Made by a program: the position numbers and the translations under genes
NCBI GenBank assembly: GCA_963797555.1
Contig: CAWCPV010000014.1
Location: 448,001-512,000 of the forward strand
Reading direction: 5' to 3'
Length of the DNA stretch: 64,000 bases
Source of the DNA: an uncultured Gammaproteobacteria bacterium
GTDB taxonomy: Bacteria; Pseudomonadota; Gammaproteobacteria; CAWCPV01
Notes under the pieces: generated by a model
What the model saw: only the letters and a program-made list of their open reading frames with translations
What the model was told of the DNA's origin: nothing
The model's database searches: none
In this document: positions 36,533-48,345 of the stretch, one piece after another
Layout: every line of letters begins with the position of its first letter
Position numbering within the stretch: the first letter of the stretch is position 1

Positions 36533-38488
36533 CTATCCCTCCTCAGTCCCCCGACTCCGGCTGGCGATGTCCTCGCTGAGGCGCCTGCGGAACTCGTCCA
36601 AAGGCATAGCTCCGAGGTCCTGCCCCTTGCGCGTCCGCACCGCGACGGCGTCAGCCTCGACTTCGCGGTCTCCGACGACCAATAGATAAGGAACCCGTTC
36701 CAGCGTGTGCTCGCGGATTTTAAAGCCGATCTTCTCGTTTCTCAAGTCTGAGATGGCGCGGAATCCCGCGGCCGAAAGCGCCCCCTCGACGCGGCTAGCA
36801 TGGGCAGCCTGCCGGTCGGTAATGTTCATGACGACGACCTGCACCGGCGCCAACCAGGGCGGGAACGCGCCGCCGTATTCCTCGGTGAGGATGCCGATGA
36901 ATCGCTCCATGGAGCCCAAGATCGCCCGGTGGAGCATGACCGGCACCTGCCGCGAGCTGTCTTCGGCAACGTACTGGGCCCCAAGCCTTCCCGGCATGGA
37001 GAAATCCACTTGAATCGTACCGCACTGCCAGACCCTGCCGATGCAATCCTTGAGGGAGAATTCCAGCTTGGGTCCGTAAAACGCCCCCTCCCCGGGCTGA
37101 AGATCCCACGCCAGCTTCTGCGCATCGACGGCCTGCTCGAGCGCGTGCTCCGCTTTATCCCAGAGGACGTCCTCACCAACCCGCTGCTCCGGCCGGGTGG
37201 ACAACTTCACCAGCACCTCGCGGAAGCCGAAGTCCTCATAGACCCGGTACAGCAGCTCAATGAAGGCGGCGACCTCGTCTTGGATCTGCTCCTCCGTGCA
37301 GAAGATGTGGGCGTCATCCTGAACGAAGTTGCGCAGCCTCATCAGGCCGTGCAGTGTACCAGACGCCTCGTTGCGGTGGCACGAGCCGAACTCCGCCAGC
37401 CGCAGGGGCAGTTCCCGGTAGCTACGCACCCCCTGGTTGAAGATCTGGATGTGAGCCGGGCAGTTCATCGGCTTGATAGCGTAGTCCCGGTTCTCCGAGT
37501 GCGTGGTGAACATGTTCTCGGCGAACTTCTCCCAGTGCCCGGACTTCTCCCAGAGCGAACGGTCGATCACGGACGGCGTGCGGATCTCCTGGTACCCGTG
37601 CTTGAGCATCACTGCCCGCATGTACCGCTCCACCTCCAGGTAGATGGTCCAGCCCTTGGGGTGCCAGAACACCATCCCCGGCGCCTCCTCCTGGAAATGG
37701 AACAGATCCAAGTGCCTGCCGAGCCTGCGGTGGTCACGCCGCTCGGCCTCCTCTAGGCGCTTCAGGTGGGTATCGAGGACCTTCCTGTCCGGCCAAGCGG
37801 TGCCGTAGATGCGCTGCAGCATCTCGTTGCGAGGATCCCCTCGCCAATAGGCGCCGGCCAGCTTGGTCAGCCTGAACGCCTTGAGCTTCCCTGTGCTGGG
37901 AACATGGGGACCGCGGCAGAGGTCGACGAAGTCACCCTGCCGATAGAGGGAAATAATCTCGTGCTTAGGGATACTCTCGATGATCTCCGCTTTGTAAACC
38001 TCGCCTTGGCAGCGAAAGAATTCGATGGCCTCTTCGCGTGGCATCTCGGTGCGCATCACCGTCAGGTCCTGCGCCGCCAGATCCTCCATCTTGTGCTGGA
38101 TGGCCGCCAAGTCCTCCGGTGTGAACGGCCGCTTGAATGCGAAGTCGTAGTAAAAGCCGTCATCCACCACCGGCCCGATGGTGACCTGGGCCTCGGGAAA
38201 CAGCACCTTCACAGCCTGGGCCAGCAAGTGCGCGCTGGAGTGACGAATCACCTCCAGGCCTTCCGCGTCGCGCTCAGTCACGATGGACACCCGAGCGTCC
38301 TGGGCGATCACATAGGACAGGTCGACAAGCTTCCCGTCACACTTCCCAGCAATAGCCGCCCGCGCGAGGCCCGGACCGATAGCCTCAGCGACCTCCCGCA
38401 CCGTGACCGGGGGATCGAATTCCATCCCCTTACCGTCCGGCAGCGTGACCTGGATCTTGGCAACTTGTTCGCTGCTACGCTCCAACAT
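36533..38488 (-). CDS. thrS: Threonine--tRNA ligase
   Basis: VTLPDG TGS domain, [31 protein letters not shown]; start approximate. Confidence 0.96.
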   Translation of the reverse strand: MLERSSEQVAKIQVTLPDGKGMEFDPPVTVREVAEAIGPGLARAAIAGKCDGKLVDLSYVIAQDARVSIVTERDAEGLEVIRHSSAHLLAQAVKVLFPEAQVTIGPVVDDGFYYDFAFKRPFTPEDLAAIQHKMEDLAAQDLTVMRTEMPREEAIEFFRCQGEVYKAEIIESIPKHEIISLYRQGDFVDLCRGPHVPSTGKLKAFRLTKLAGAYWRGDPRNEMLQRIYGTAWPDRKVLDTHLKRLEEAERRDHRRLGRHLDLFHFQEEAPGMVFWHPKGWTIYLEVERYMRAVMLKHGYQEIRTPSVIDRSLWEKSGHWEKFAENMFTTHSENRDYAIKPMNCPAHIQIFNQGVRSYRELPLRLAEFGSCHRNEASGTLHGLMRLRNFVQDDAHIFCTEEQIQDEVAAFIELLYRVYEDFGFREVLVKLSTRPEQRVGEDVLWDKAEHALEQAVDAQKLAWDLQPGEGAFYGPKLEFSLKDCIGRVWQCGTIQVDFSMPGRLGAQYVAEDSSRQVPVMLHRAILGSMERFIGILTEEYGGAFPPWLAPVQVVVMNITDRQAAHASRVEGALSAAGFRAISDLRNEKIGFKIREHTLERVPYLLVVGDREVEADAVAVRTRKGQDLGAMPLDEFRRRLSEDIASRSRGTEEG

Positions 38489-39129
38489 CCGTTCAGACCC
38501 GAAAAAGGGGCGGCAGATGAACGCCGCCGCGTCCCGCACACCGCCTCCGTAAGCGGAAAAGGCACTGCCCAGCGCAGCGCGGTCGCTGGCAGGCGCCAGT
38601 GGGAGATGCCGAACGGCCACTGCGCCGTCAAGACTCCACCACAGGATCCCGCAGACCGTCTCTCGAGCGATCGCTTTCAGACCGCTACCACTAGTGGACT
38701 CGTGGCGGTATATTGCAGCCTCACGGGACGCCCTGCCCAACACACTCTGCACAGCCGACTCGGTTACCCGGCGGGATGCCAACAACCGACGCAACCCACG
38801 TGCGACGGGGCCAGTGGTCGAAATGTCCTGGGTAGCAACCAAACAACCAAACGGTTGGGTGGAGTAACCCAACAGACCCGATTGTTCGGTCAGCGCCACT
38901 CGCGTCCCGGGACGCGACTTGTGCAGAAGGCCGTGTGGTGACGGACAGTTTACACCGACGATCCACGGGCCGCTATATCGTCTCACTCACGCCACGGGCA
39001 GCCGGCTACGACCATCTGGACGCGAATGGCTAACAGGTCCGCGGGTCCACTCCAGACCGCCATTCATCGACGGACTTTGACGGGAGTGCGCGGTGGGGCC
39101 AGGGTAAATTTACACCTAGAACCTCGGTC

Positions 39130-39360
39130 ACGTGGCCAAGGACTTGGTGCTACCACTGGCTGATCTGGGTCGCATGAACCGTTACTCGCTGGCAAAGCTG
39201 GGCGGTGGTCTTCAGCCCTCGGATCGCCTCAAGGGCAACGCGGGCCTTGAGCCCGGCGTTATGACGTTTTCGGGGTCTGGACATGGTCGAAGGCTCCTGT
39301 CAACCGACATTGTGCCATCAACCCCTTTCTTTTCCATCTGTCCAGGATCGAGGGTCCACA
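39130..39360 (-). mobile_element. Degenerate IS3-family left end and orfA fragment
   Basis: End TGTGGACCCTCGATCCTGGACA; MSRPRKRHNAGLKARVALEAIRGLKTTAQL followed by frameshift and stops. Confidence 0.65.
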
Positions 39361-42300
39361 GAGCTGGCTCCGGAAATCTGTACGGCGGGATAAGTGGTAG
39401 GGGATGAACCGCTTTATCATGGCGATGCTATTGAGAGGAGCGGCAAATGAGTGGCAAGAGGCGCAATCATGGAGCGGGATTCAAGGCAAGGGTGGCACTG
39501 GCGGCGATCAAGGGCGACAAGACCTTGGCGGAGTTATCGGCGCAGTTTCAGGTTCATCAGAGTCAGATCCTGGCGTGGAAGCAGCAGTTGCAGAGCCGCG
39601 CTGACGAGGTGTTCGAGCGGGAACGCAAGTCCGAATCGGGGCCGTCGGTGAAGGACATGCAGGCGAAGATCGGGCAGCTGACGCTGGAGAACGATTTTTT
39701 GTCCGTCGCGCTCGGTCGCATCGGCGATGCGACAAAGCGATGATCGACAAGGTGGCCGAATTGCCGCTGACGCGGCAGTGCCAGCTCCTGGGGCTCTCGC
39801 GCTCATCCCAGTACTACCGGGCGGTGGCGGTGTCGGCGCGGGATCTGGCGCTGATGCGGGCAATCGACGAGCTGCACCTAAAGCACCCGTTCTATGGCAG
39901 CCGGCGCATGCGCGGGGCGTTGCGCGACGAGGGCTTCGAGGTCGGCCGGCGCCACGTCCAGACATTGAGGGACAAGATGGGAATCGAGGCGTTGTACCGC
40001 AAGCCGCGGCTCTCGGATGCGCACCCCGGCCACAAGGTATGGCCCTACTTGGCTAGCGTGATGTAGTGGTCACCCGACCCAACCAGGTCTGGGCTACGGA
40101 CATCACGTACATTCCCCTGGCCAAGGGCTTTGCCTATCTGGTGGCGATCATCGATTGGTGCTCGCGCCGGGTGCTGGCCTGGCGGCTTTCCAACTGCATG
40201 GACACCTCCTTCTGTATGGAGGCGCTGGAAGAGGCGCTCATGCTCCACGGACGCCCCGAGATCTTCAATACCGACCAGGGCAGCCAGTTCACCGACAAGG
40301 ATTTCACGAGCGCGCTCCTGGCTCATGACATCCGCATCAGTATGGACGGACGCGGGCGCTGGATAGATAACGTTTTTGTCGAGAGGCTGTGGCGCAGCGT
40401 GAAGTACGAAGAAGTGTATCTGAAGGCGTACGAGTCGATCCTGGACGCCAAGCGCCAACTCGGCCGGTACTTCACTTTCTACAATCAACGACGCCGGCAT
40501 CAAGGGCTAGGAGACCACCTGGATCCGTGACTTGAATCTCCGAGCGCCCGGGGCGCGAGAGAATGGGAGCTATTCTCAGTTGAGTTGGTTAGTTTTTAGC
40601 CAACCGGTGACGCCGGCTATGTACAGCGGGCGTAGACCCTCGTCGGCGCAGGAGTGACGGCGGGGCTTTGAGGCTTGGACGCTGAATTTCGGGCGTAGGT
40701 TTACACCGGGGTCTGGTGAGGCCCGGGTCGAGTTTCTATGGAGGTCGTCCTAGCTACCCGAAGGCGAGTTGGTAATACACCTGCTCGAAGGCGCGGAAGC
40801 CGGGACAGAGCCGGCTGAAGCGCAGCTTCAGTCTGCGGGCGGTGGCGACCAACCGGGCGGCGAGGTACATCAGTTCCTGGAGGACGGTCTTGATCCGCCG
40901 GCGCTTGGCCGGATGGCGCAGGGGAGCCGACTCGCCGGTCAGCCCGATGAGTCCGATGAAGCGCAGGATGTTGTAGGCGAACACGGCAAAGGCGAGCACC
41001 AGGTCATTGGTGTCGAATTTCCCGGAGGGCAGCCGTTCGATATCGAGGTCGGTCTTGAACTCGCTGTGGAACTGCTCGGAGGTGCCGTGGTCACGGTACA
41101 GGGCGACGATCTCCGCGTCCGGATAGGCGAGCGAGGTCCACCAGCCATCGAGCTCCAGCTCCGGTACCAACAGCGCCTGGCCCTTCTTGTCGATGGTGCG
41201 CTCGGTCACCCGCATCACCCGGCGAACGTGGTAGGTGTGCTCCCGATGGGGGTGCTCCTCGACGACGCTGAACAGCGCCACGCGCTTGCCGGGTCGGGGT
41301 GTCTCCCATGCCCCTTGGCGCTCGGCGCGCTCCAGCCAATGGGCAGGGTCCTCGCCCCGAGGGTTCCACTGGATAATGAAGTCCACCTCCTCTTCGAGGT
41401 AGCGCAGCCGGTTCTCCAAGGCGTTGTGGGCGCTGTCCTGGCGCACCAGCAGCGGCAGTTTGGTCAGGCGCCTGGCCCGCGGCAGGATGCGCTCCCAGAC
41501 CTAGCCGAATTCCTTCTGACTGTGCTGCTTGCCTTCTCGCAGCTCACAGCCGACGCACCACCCTTCGGTTCCCACATAGGTCGCGATCGGCGCATAACCG
41601 TCATAGCCGTGGTAGGTGCGCGAGACTCCTTCTTGCTTGGTCCCGGAGTTGTCCATGGGAAAGACATCGATGTCCACCGGCACATGACCGGTCTTGAGCG
41701 CACTGACCGGTGCCTTGGCGTTGACCATGAACTCGATATCGGCCTCGTCAATGACCTCCCGCAGGACCGCTGCGTGCTCGTCGAGACGCTGCCTCAGCGT
41801 TTCTGGCGAGGGTACCCGCTCCAGCCCCAACGCCTGGCGGAAGAAATCGTCCTCTCGGACGTTGGAGACCGCTTCGAAGTCGCTCTTGCCCAAACACATC
41901 AACCCCAGATAGCTCTTGGCTACGTCTTCATGGGAGATGCCGTGGCGTAGCGGGATCGCCTGCTTCAGCGCCTTGCCCAACCCGCTAAAGCGGTTGACGC
42001 AAAGACCGACCAAGGCCAGACCAGAATGGGAGGTGTAAAATTCCTCATCGGACTGCTCCAAGATGAACCGCTTCATCGTTCACCTGCCGGGTGAGCTGGA
42101 GTGCGGCCCGATTTTAGCTGAACTGCAATGATAAATCAGCAGGTTGCGGCCATCCGCTGAGACGCGAAGTCACGGAATCAGGGACCAGACACCGGACGCC
42201 GTGTATTATGGGCAGCAAGACGAAAAGCTCGCGGCCTGAACGCGAGTTACCCACCGGGCCGCTCGCCTCCCGCCTGAGAAGGGCGGGCGGCGGCCCCGTG

Positions 42301-42370
42301 GATAACTCTGCACCCGCGGTTCACCATCTACAAAATCGATTCCTCTGTTCAGAGAATCGGAGCCACATCA
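39360..42370 (+). mobile_element. IS3 family element (orfA 39447-39743; orfB from 39740, broken at ~40055 and by IS1380, ending 42239)
   Basis: Imperfect IRs AGAGCTGGCTCCGGAAATCTGTAC / CTGTTCAGAGAATCGGAGCCACATCA; WATDITY, NTDQGSQFT, DNVFVERLWRSVKYE; tail LGDQ|TPDAVYY resumes after IS1380. Confidence 0.85.
40518..42182 (-). mobile_element. IS1380 family element with pseudogenised transposase (40754-42076; in-frame TAG at 41501 and a shift near 41440)
   Basis: IRs CCTGGATCCGTGACTT / AAGTCACGGAATCAGG; 5-bp TSD GACCA at 40513-40517 and 42183-42187; DIDVFPMDNS, GTSEQFHSEFKTDLDIERLPSGKFDTN. Confidence 0.85.
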
Positions 42371-42415
42371 CACTTCAGAACAAATTTGCCCTGATGTGAG
42401 CACCGCGTTCCGTTC

Positions 42416-42436
42416 AGCATAGAATAATAGTATGCT
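42416..42436. promoter_or_regulatory. Candidate ArsR-family operator
   Basis: AGCATA-N9-TATGCT inverted repeat in an AT-rich patch ~50 bp upstream of arsR. Confidence 0.4.
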
Positions 42437-42482
42437 AATTTGTTTGCTTCGATGGCATGTGCGCCACAGGGGCCCGGCTGCG

Positions 42483-42806
42483 ATGATGGACACCCACAAC
42501 ATGACGGTCGTCATGCAAGACAGCGACATCGAACGCACCTGCCGGTCGATGAAGGCTATGTGTCACCCGCTGCGGCTGAAGATTCTCTGCGTTCTGGGGG
42601 ACGGGGAACTCAGCGTACAGGACATCGTGGAGGCTGTGGGCACATCCCAGAGCAACATATCACAGCATCTGGCCATCCTGCGCGAGAAGGGCATCTTATC
42701 GTCTCGCAAGGAGGCCAATCGCGTCTTCTACCGGATCGCAGACTTCCGCACTGTTCATCTGATGGGCCTTATGCGTGAAGTCTTCTGCGCTTACAATCCG
42801 GCATGA
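42483..42806 (+). CDS. ArsR/SmtB family regulator (BigR/SqrR-like)
   Basis: KAMCHPLRLKILC..., SQSNISQHLAILR, VFYRI, C-terminal VFC. Confidence 0.88.
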   Translation: MMDTHNMTVVMQDSDIERTCRSMKAMCHPLRLKILCVLGDGELSVQDIVEAVGTSQSNISQHLAILREKGILSSRKEANRVFYRIADFRTVHLMGLMREVFCAYNPA

Positions 42807-43071
42807 TGACGACCGCGCGGTGCATCGCATAATCCCATGACTTATGAGTGCGCTCGGAGCCTGTGAAGAGACCGTCGCGGGCGGCCGGAGAACAAGGCGC
42901 ACGGAGCCGCCCGGGCAAGACAATATCCGGGCGATACGGCGAGGACCGGGCGCCAGCGCAGCGCTGGTATCGGGCGCGGAGCAGATGTCTTCACAGGCTC
43001 TCCGCCCGTCGTCGGAGCAACCCGTGTATACTTTGCCATGATTGAGCCTGACGTGTGGGAGGCGGATTACG

Positions 43072-43284
43072 ATGACTACTGAACGCGTGGTTCGAATCGT
43101 CGCGGGCACGTTCATCGTGGCCTCGTTGCTACTCGCCCGTTATCACAGCCCCAACTGGCTGTGGTTTACTGCATTCGTGGGCTTGAACTTACTTCAAAGC
43201 GGGTTCACTCGTTTCTGTCCGCTGGAGCTGATCCTTAGGAGGCTTGGGGTGTCCTCAGCGGATGCACAGCTCGGGACCCACTAA
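43072..43284 (+). CDS. DUF2892 (YgaP-like) membrane protein
   Basis: ERVVRIVAG...FVGLNLLQSGFTRFCPL. Confidence 0.88.
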   Translation: MTTERVVRIVAGTFIVASLLLARYHSPNWLWFTAFVGLNLLQSGFTRFCPLELILRRLGVSSADAQLGTH

Positions 43285-43408
43285 ATGACCTAGCGGGTAG
43301 CACCGGCCGGGACAGCCATAAGAGGCTGCCGCGCGCTGTTTCGGCGGCGGCGTGCGCCGCCGATGGGGCAGGTGCCGGAGCCCTGCACTGCAGCACCCAC
43401 CGTCTCCC

Positions 43409-43837
43409 ATGGAACAATTCGCCACCTTCGTCGTTCACCATTGGCCCCTCTTCGCCGCCCTGGCGGTCATCTTGGCGCTTCTAGCCGGTACCAGCCTGGG
43501 CGCAGGATTACAGGGCATCAAGGAGGTCGAGCCCATTGAAGCCACGCAGTTGGTGAATCATGCGGGCGGGGTGTTCCTCGACACCCGCACCCCCGAGGAG
43601 TATCGCCAGGGGCACGTCGTCAATGCGATCCACCTTCCACTCGCGCAGTTGTCGGAGAGCCTCAAGCGTTTGGACAAGTACCGGGCCAAGCCGGTAATAA
43701 CCGTGTGCCGTTCTGGAAGCCGTTCTCTCCAGGCAGGCCGGCTCCTGCGCCAACACGGCTTCGAGAACGTTCACAACCTGAAGGGCGGCATGCAGGCATG
43801 GGGGGCGGCCAATCTGCCGGTGACCACCAAGGGCTAG
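43409..43837 (+). CDS. Rhodanese-like domain protein (YibN-like)
   Basis: N-terminal TM; LDTR..EEY..GHV..A; CRSGSRS; LKGGMQAW. Confidence 0.9.
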   Translation: MEQFATFVVHHWPLFAALAVILALLAGTSLGAGLQGIKEVEPIEATQLVNHAGGVFLDTRTPEEYRQGHVVNAIHLPLAQLSESLKRLDKYRAKPVITVCRSGSRSLQAGRLLRQHGFENVHNLKGGMQAWGAANLPVTTKG

Positions 43838-43846
43838 CCAGAGCGC

Positions 43847-44123
43847 ATGGTCAGAGTCGAAATCTACTGCACAGATGAGTGTTCGTATTGCGGGCGAGCC
43901 AAGCGCCTACTCGAGGCCAAAGGAGTTTCTTACACCGAGTGGCGCGTGGACCAAGCCTCCGAGCTGCGCACCGAGATGGAGACGCGTAGCGGACGGACTT
44001 CGGTCCCACAAATATTCCTGGACGACCGCCACGTCGGCGGTTTCGACGAGCCTCTCCGAGCTGGACGTCGAAGGCGAGCTGGATCGCCTCTTGGGGATCG
44101 GGAGCTCGGCAGGATATGGCTGA
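43847..44123 (+). CDS. grxC: Glutaredoxin 3 (apparent frameshift near 44051)
   Basis: CSYC, SVPQIF, HVGGFDE then LSELDVEGELDRLL in the shifted frame; synteny with secB. Confidence 0.85.
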
Positions 44124-44550
44124 GCCGCTGTATGTGGTGTGTCCGGCCTGTGACGCTATCAACCGCGTTCCGCCGGAACGGCTGAGTGCCGGCGGTCGCT
44201 GCGGCAAGTGCCATGGCCCTCTATTCACGGGGCGACCCCTGCCACTGACGGAGTTGCGCGCCGATCGGCACATTGAACGCAGCTCGATCCCGCTGCTGGT
44301 GGATTTCTGGGCCGACTGGTGCGCCCCGTGCAAGATCATGGCTCCGATATTCGAGGAGGCGGCCACGATGTTGGAACCGCATGTGCGTCTAGCCAAGGTC
44401 AACACGGAGCATGAGCCGGATCTCGCCAAGCGCTACGCGATTCGCGGCATACCAACGCTCATTCTCTTCAAGCACGGCAGGGAGGCTGCTCGGATCGCGG
44501 GCGCGCGGGATCTCCAGGCCATCGTGGCTTGGACTCGGCAGCAGCTCTGA
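44116..44550 (+). CDS. trxC: Thioredoxin TrxC
   Basis: CPAC...CGKC zinc motifs plus WCAPC active site. Confidence 0.9.
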   Translation: MAEPLYVVCPACDAINRVPPERLSAGGRCGKCHGPLFTGRPLPLTELRADRHIERSSIPLLVDFWADWCAPCKIMAPIFEEAATMLEPHVRLAKVNTEHEPDLAKRYAIRGIPTLILFKHGREAARIAGARDLQAIVAWTRQQL

Positions 44551-44668
44551 ATCTCCGCCGTACAGCGCACGGGCATTTGCACGGCTCGGAGCCTGCCGCA
44601 CAGCACGGCTATCCAGTGGATGACACGGAGGCCGGAGGGAGCAACGGCTTAATACCGAAAGGAACGTC

Positions 44669-45157
44669 ATGACAACAGAACCGTCCGGCGACAACGAAGT
44701 CAACGAGCAAACCGGTCCGCGCTTCGGGATTCAGAGGATATATTTGAAAGATCTCTCCTACGAGGCACCCGGGACGCCCCAGATCTTCACTCACCAAGTC
44801 ACACCACAGATCGGCATGCAGATTGAAGCCAAGGCGGCCCCGCTGCAAGACGACTCCTACGAGGTCATACTCGCCGTCACGATTACCGCCAAACACAACG
44901 ATAAGACCGCGTTCTTGGTCGAGGTTCAGCAGGCAGGCATCTTCGCCATCCGAGGTTACGACGAACAGCAACTCGGCGCCCTGCTGAACAGCTATTGCCC
45001 CAACATTCTGTTTCCCTTCGTTCGGGAGGTGGTGTCGGATCTGACCACCAAGGGGGGCTTTCCCCCATTGTTGCTCGCTCCGATCAACTTTGACGCGGTC
45101 TACGCGCAACGGCAGCAGAAGGCGGCGGCCGTTCCCTCGGGGACGCCTCGCCACTGA
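44669..45157 (+). CDS. secB: Protein-export chaperone SecB
   Basis: IQRIYLKDLSYEAP, FLVEVQQAGIF, CPNILFPF.RE, GGFPPLLLAPINFDA. Confidence 0.96.
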   Translation: MTTEPSGDNEVNEQTGPRFGIQRIYLKDLSYEAPGTPQIFTHQVTPQIGMQIEAKAAPLQDDSYEVILAVTITAKHNDKTAFLVEVQQAGIFAIRGYDEQQLGALLNSYCPNILFPFVREVVSDLTTKGGFPPLLLAPINFDAVYAQRQQKAAAVPSGTPRH

Positions 45158-45160
45158 GAG

Positions 45161-46168
45161 ATGGCGGGGGCGGAAGCGATCGCGGTACTCGGTGCCGGGT
45201 CCTGGGGTACGGCGCTTGGCGTGCTCCTGGCACGCAACGGGCACCGAACACTCTTGTGGGACCGTGATCCCGCACACATCGAGCGCCTGAAACGGGCGCG
45301 CCGCAACGACGCCTATCTTCCGCAGGTCCAGCTTCCACCCGCCCTGGAGCCGAGCCAGGCACTCGATCACGTGCTACGCGGGGCGGCGAACGTCTTGATC
45401 GTCGTGCCGAGCGCCGCCTTTCGGTCCGTGATAGAACGCGCATCTGCTCTGCTCTCTGCAGACGCCCAGGTGGCGTGGGCCACCAAGGGTTTGGAGCCCG
45501 AAACGGCGCGGCTGTTGCACGAGGTGGCCAGTGACATCCTTCCCCACGGAATGCCGACCGCCGTCCTTTCCGGTCCCACCTTCGCTCGCGAGGTGGCCAT
45601 GGGTCTGCCTACCGCGGTGACGGTGGCCTCCGCTGACAGCGCCTTCGCAGCCTGGCTGGCGCGCACCCTGCACAGCCAGACCTTCCGCGTCTATACGTCG
45701 GACGATGTCATCGGCGTGGAATTGGGCGGCGCAGTGAAGAACGTGCTCGCCATTGCGGCGGGGATCGCCGATGGGCTGGGATTCGGCGCGAACACGCGCG
45801 CCGCACTCATCACCCGGGGCCTCGCGGAAATGATGCGGCTCGGCGTTGCCCTGGGCGGACGCCGTGACACTTTCATGGGCCTGACGGGGCTGGGAGACCT
45901 AGTCCTGACTTGCACCGACGACCTTTCCCGCAACCGGCGCCTCGGTCTCGCCCTGGCTCGTGGCGAGCCGCTGGAACAGGCGTTGCACCGCATCGGCCAA
46001 GTCGTGGAAGGGGTGGGCAGCGCACGCGGGGTAGCGGCACTCGCAGCCCGTTACGGGGTCGAGATGCCGCTCGCTGCCCAAGTCCGCCGGGTCCTCTATG
46101 AGGGCACCTCGCCACGCGAGGCGGTGCACGCACTGCTCAACCGTGAGCAGAAGCCCGAGCGCTCGTGA
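45161..46168 (+). CDS. gpsA: NAD(P)H-dependent glycerol-3-phosphate dehydrogenase
   Basis: GAGSWGTAL, LSGPTFAREV, GGAVKNVLAIAAG, GLGDLVLTCTD..SRNR. Confidence 0.96.
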   Translation: MAGAEAIAVLGAGSWGTALGVLLARNGHRTLLWDRDPAHIERLKRARRNDAYLPQVQLPPALEPSQALDHVLRGAANVLIVVPSAAFRSVIERASALLSADAQVAWATKGLEPETARLLHEVASDILPHGMPTAVLSGPTFAREVAMGLPTAVTVASADSAFAAWLARTLHSQTFRVYTSDDVIGVELGGAVKNVLAIAAGIADGLGFGANTRAALITRGLAEMMRLGVALGGRRDTFMGLTGLGDLVLTCTDDLSRNRRLGLALARGEPLEQALHRIGQVVEGVGSARGVAALAARYGVEMPLAAQVRRVLYEGTSPREAVHALLNREQKPERS

Positions 46169-46588
46169 GCTGCCGCCCGCCCCGGAGAAGCCCTGCTGGC
46201 GCGAACGTGACTGCGTTCGCCAAGTTCAAGCCGCGCGGACATGGGCGGTCGCAGCATCTGAGCCGCCACGATGGCTTGCAGCACCGCAGCGGGGAGTCCC
46301 CGGGTCTCCGGCCCGAACAGCAGGGTGTCCCCTGACTCTCAAAGCAACATCGCTGGAGATGCGCGGGCACCGCGGCGAGAAGCCCAAGACGCGGCCCGGC
46401 CCCGCCACAGCGGTGAACTTCCCCGAGGCCCGATAGTGGCTCACCTGTGCCCACTCGCGATAGTCCATCCGCACGCGCCGTGGTCGGCGCTCAAACATCG
46501 GCCGTGCATCCGGCCGCCGGGTTGCACACTGTGTGTCGGTCACCGCCCGGTACCCCTGCGGCAGACCGCGCGTCACCGGCGCCTCCCT

Positions 46589-47500
46589 TTACTGCCCTCC
46601 GCGCTTCTTCTTGGCCCTAGGGTGCGCCTGGTCATACACCACAGCCAGGTGCTGGAAGTCCAGGTGCGTGTATATCTGCGTGGTCGATATGTTGGCGTGC
46701 CCCAGCAACTCTTGCACTGCCCGCAGGTCGCCGCTGGACTCCAACAGGTGGCTTGCGAAGGAGTGACGCAGTCGGTGCGGGTGCAGGTTAGTGCCCAGAC
46801 CCTGCCGGATCGCCCAGCGGCGCAGCCGCAACTGCACCGCCCGCGGGCCGATGCGTCGGCCATTGCGGCTTAGGAACAGCGCCTGCGTCCCTGCACGGGC
46901 CATGTCCGATCGGACCCGAATCCACAGCTCCAGTGCGGCGCGTGCCTTGCGCCCCACCGGGACGAGACGCACCTTCGCGCCTTTGCCAGTAACCCGCACG
47001 GTCCCGTCCGCCAGGTCCAGGTGCGCCAGATCGAGCCGCACCAACTCGGATAGCCGGAGGCCCGAAGAGTAAAGCAGCTCCATCATGGCATGGTCGCGCC
47101 GGTCCAGAGGTTCGCCGGGGTGCAAGTCCAATAGCTGCCCCACTTGGTCTACGTCCAGGGTCGCGGGCAACCGTCGGGGACTCTTCGGCGCCCTGACCCC
47201 CACCGCTGGATTGTCTTCCACCCATCCTTCGCGTAGGAGGTAATGATATAAACCCCGCACCGCGGACAGCACGCGCTGCAAACTGCGCCCGCTCAGACCG
47301 GAGCGGTGCCGGCTAGCAACGTAGGCGCGCAAGTGGTGCAGATCGAGCTGCGCCCATCGCTCGATGCCTTCGCTCCCGCAGAACCCCAGCAGGTCCTGCA
47401 AATCGTGCCGATAAGCTGCCAGGGTGTGCGGAGAGAGTCGGCGCTCGTTCTCCAGATGGCCCAGGTAAGCGCTCAGCTGAGCTAGCGCGGCGCGCTCCAC
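46589..47500 (-). CDS. xerC: Tyrosine recombinase XerC
   Basis: [58 protein letters not shown]; downstream of dapF. Confidence 0.93.
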   Translation of the reverse strand: MERAALAQLSAYLGHLENERRLSPHTLAAYRHDLQDLLGFCGSEGIERWAQLDLHHLRAYVASRHRSGLSGRSLQRVLSAVRGLYHYLLREGWVEDNPAVGVRAPKSPRRLPATLDVDQVGQLLDLHPGEPLDRRDHAMMELLYSSGLRLSELVRLDLAHLDLADGTVRVTGKGAKVRLVPVGRKARAALELWIRVRSDMARAGTQALFLSRNGRRIGPRAVQLRLRRWAIRQGLGTNLHPHRLRHSFASHLLESSGDLRAVQELLGHANISTTQIYTHLDFQHLAVVYDQAHPRAKKKRGGQ

Positions 47501-48345
47501 GGCTGCTCCGCAAGATCGATACGTCCGTCAAACACATGGGTGGCAGGACCTGTCATCCACACCGGGGCCTCACCGCCCTCCCAACGGAGGCGTAAACGCC
47601 CACCGGGGAGATCCACTACGACCTCCTCTGCCAGGAGGCCCTGCCGGCGCCCGACAACGGCTGCGGCACAGGCGCCCGTGCCACAGGCCAAGGTCTCCCC
47701 CACCCCCCGCTCGTAGACGCGCAGCCGGATGTGCGTGCGGTCGACCACCTCCATGAATCCCACGTTCGCTCGCCGGGGAAACCTCGGGTGACCTTCCAGC
47801 CTCGGACCCAGCGTCGGCACGGGCGCCGAGCGGACGTCGGCCACGCGCACCACCGCGTGAGGATTTCCCATCGACACGGCGGCGAGGGCCACGACAGTCC
47901 CGTCCTCCAGCTCAATGGCGTAGCTCTCGGATTCACGGTCGGCCAGGAACGGGATGTCCTGAGGGGCGAACCGCGGACTTCCCATATCGACCTTCACCTG
48001 GCCGTCTTCGTGAAGCTGCAGCCGGATGATGCCCGCGGCGGTCTCGACAGGAATGACCTCCTTGCCGGTCAGTCGGCGCTGCCGCACGAAACGGGCGACG
48101 CAGCGGGCGCCGTTACCGCACTGCTCTACCTCGCCACCGTCGGCGTTATAGATGCGGTAACGGAAATCGGCGTCGGGCACGGTCGGGGGCTCCACCACGA
48201 GCACTTGGTCGCATCCGATACCGCAGCGTCGGTCGGCCACGAGACGCACCTGTTCAGGGCTCAGCACGACCGACTCGGAGACGCCGTCGAACACGACGAA
48301 GTCGTTCCCCAAGCCGTGCATCTTCGAGAAATGAAGGATCGGCAT
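47482..48345 (-). CDS. dapF: Diaminopimelate epimerase
   Basis: [43 protein letters not shown]. Confidence 0.96.
   Translation of the reverse strand: MPILHFSKMHGLGNDFVVFDGVSESVVLSPEQVRLVADRRCGIGCDQVLVVEPPTVPDADFRYRIYNADGGEVEQCGNGARCVARFVRQRRLTGKEVIPVETAAGIIRLQLHEDGQVKVDMGSPRFAPQDIPFLADRESESYAIELEDGTVVALAAVSMGNPHAVVRVADVRSAPVPTLGPRLEGHPRFPRRANVGFMEVVDRTHIRLRVYERGVGETLACGTGACAAAVVGRRQGLLAEEVVVDLPGGRLRLRWEGGEAPVWMTGPATHVFDGRIDLAEQPWSAPR

Noticed and set aside
38489-38986. 165-aa N-terminal extension of ThrRS in the ORF track
   Set aside because: Homology starts at the TGS domain; the upstream sequence looks non-coding and contains a terminator-like hairpin.
44669-45157. secB as the chaperone of a TAC system
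   Set aside because: Canonical grxC-secB-gpsA housekeeping context, ~14 kb from the TA operon.
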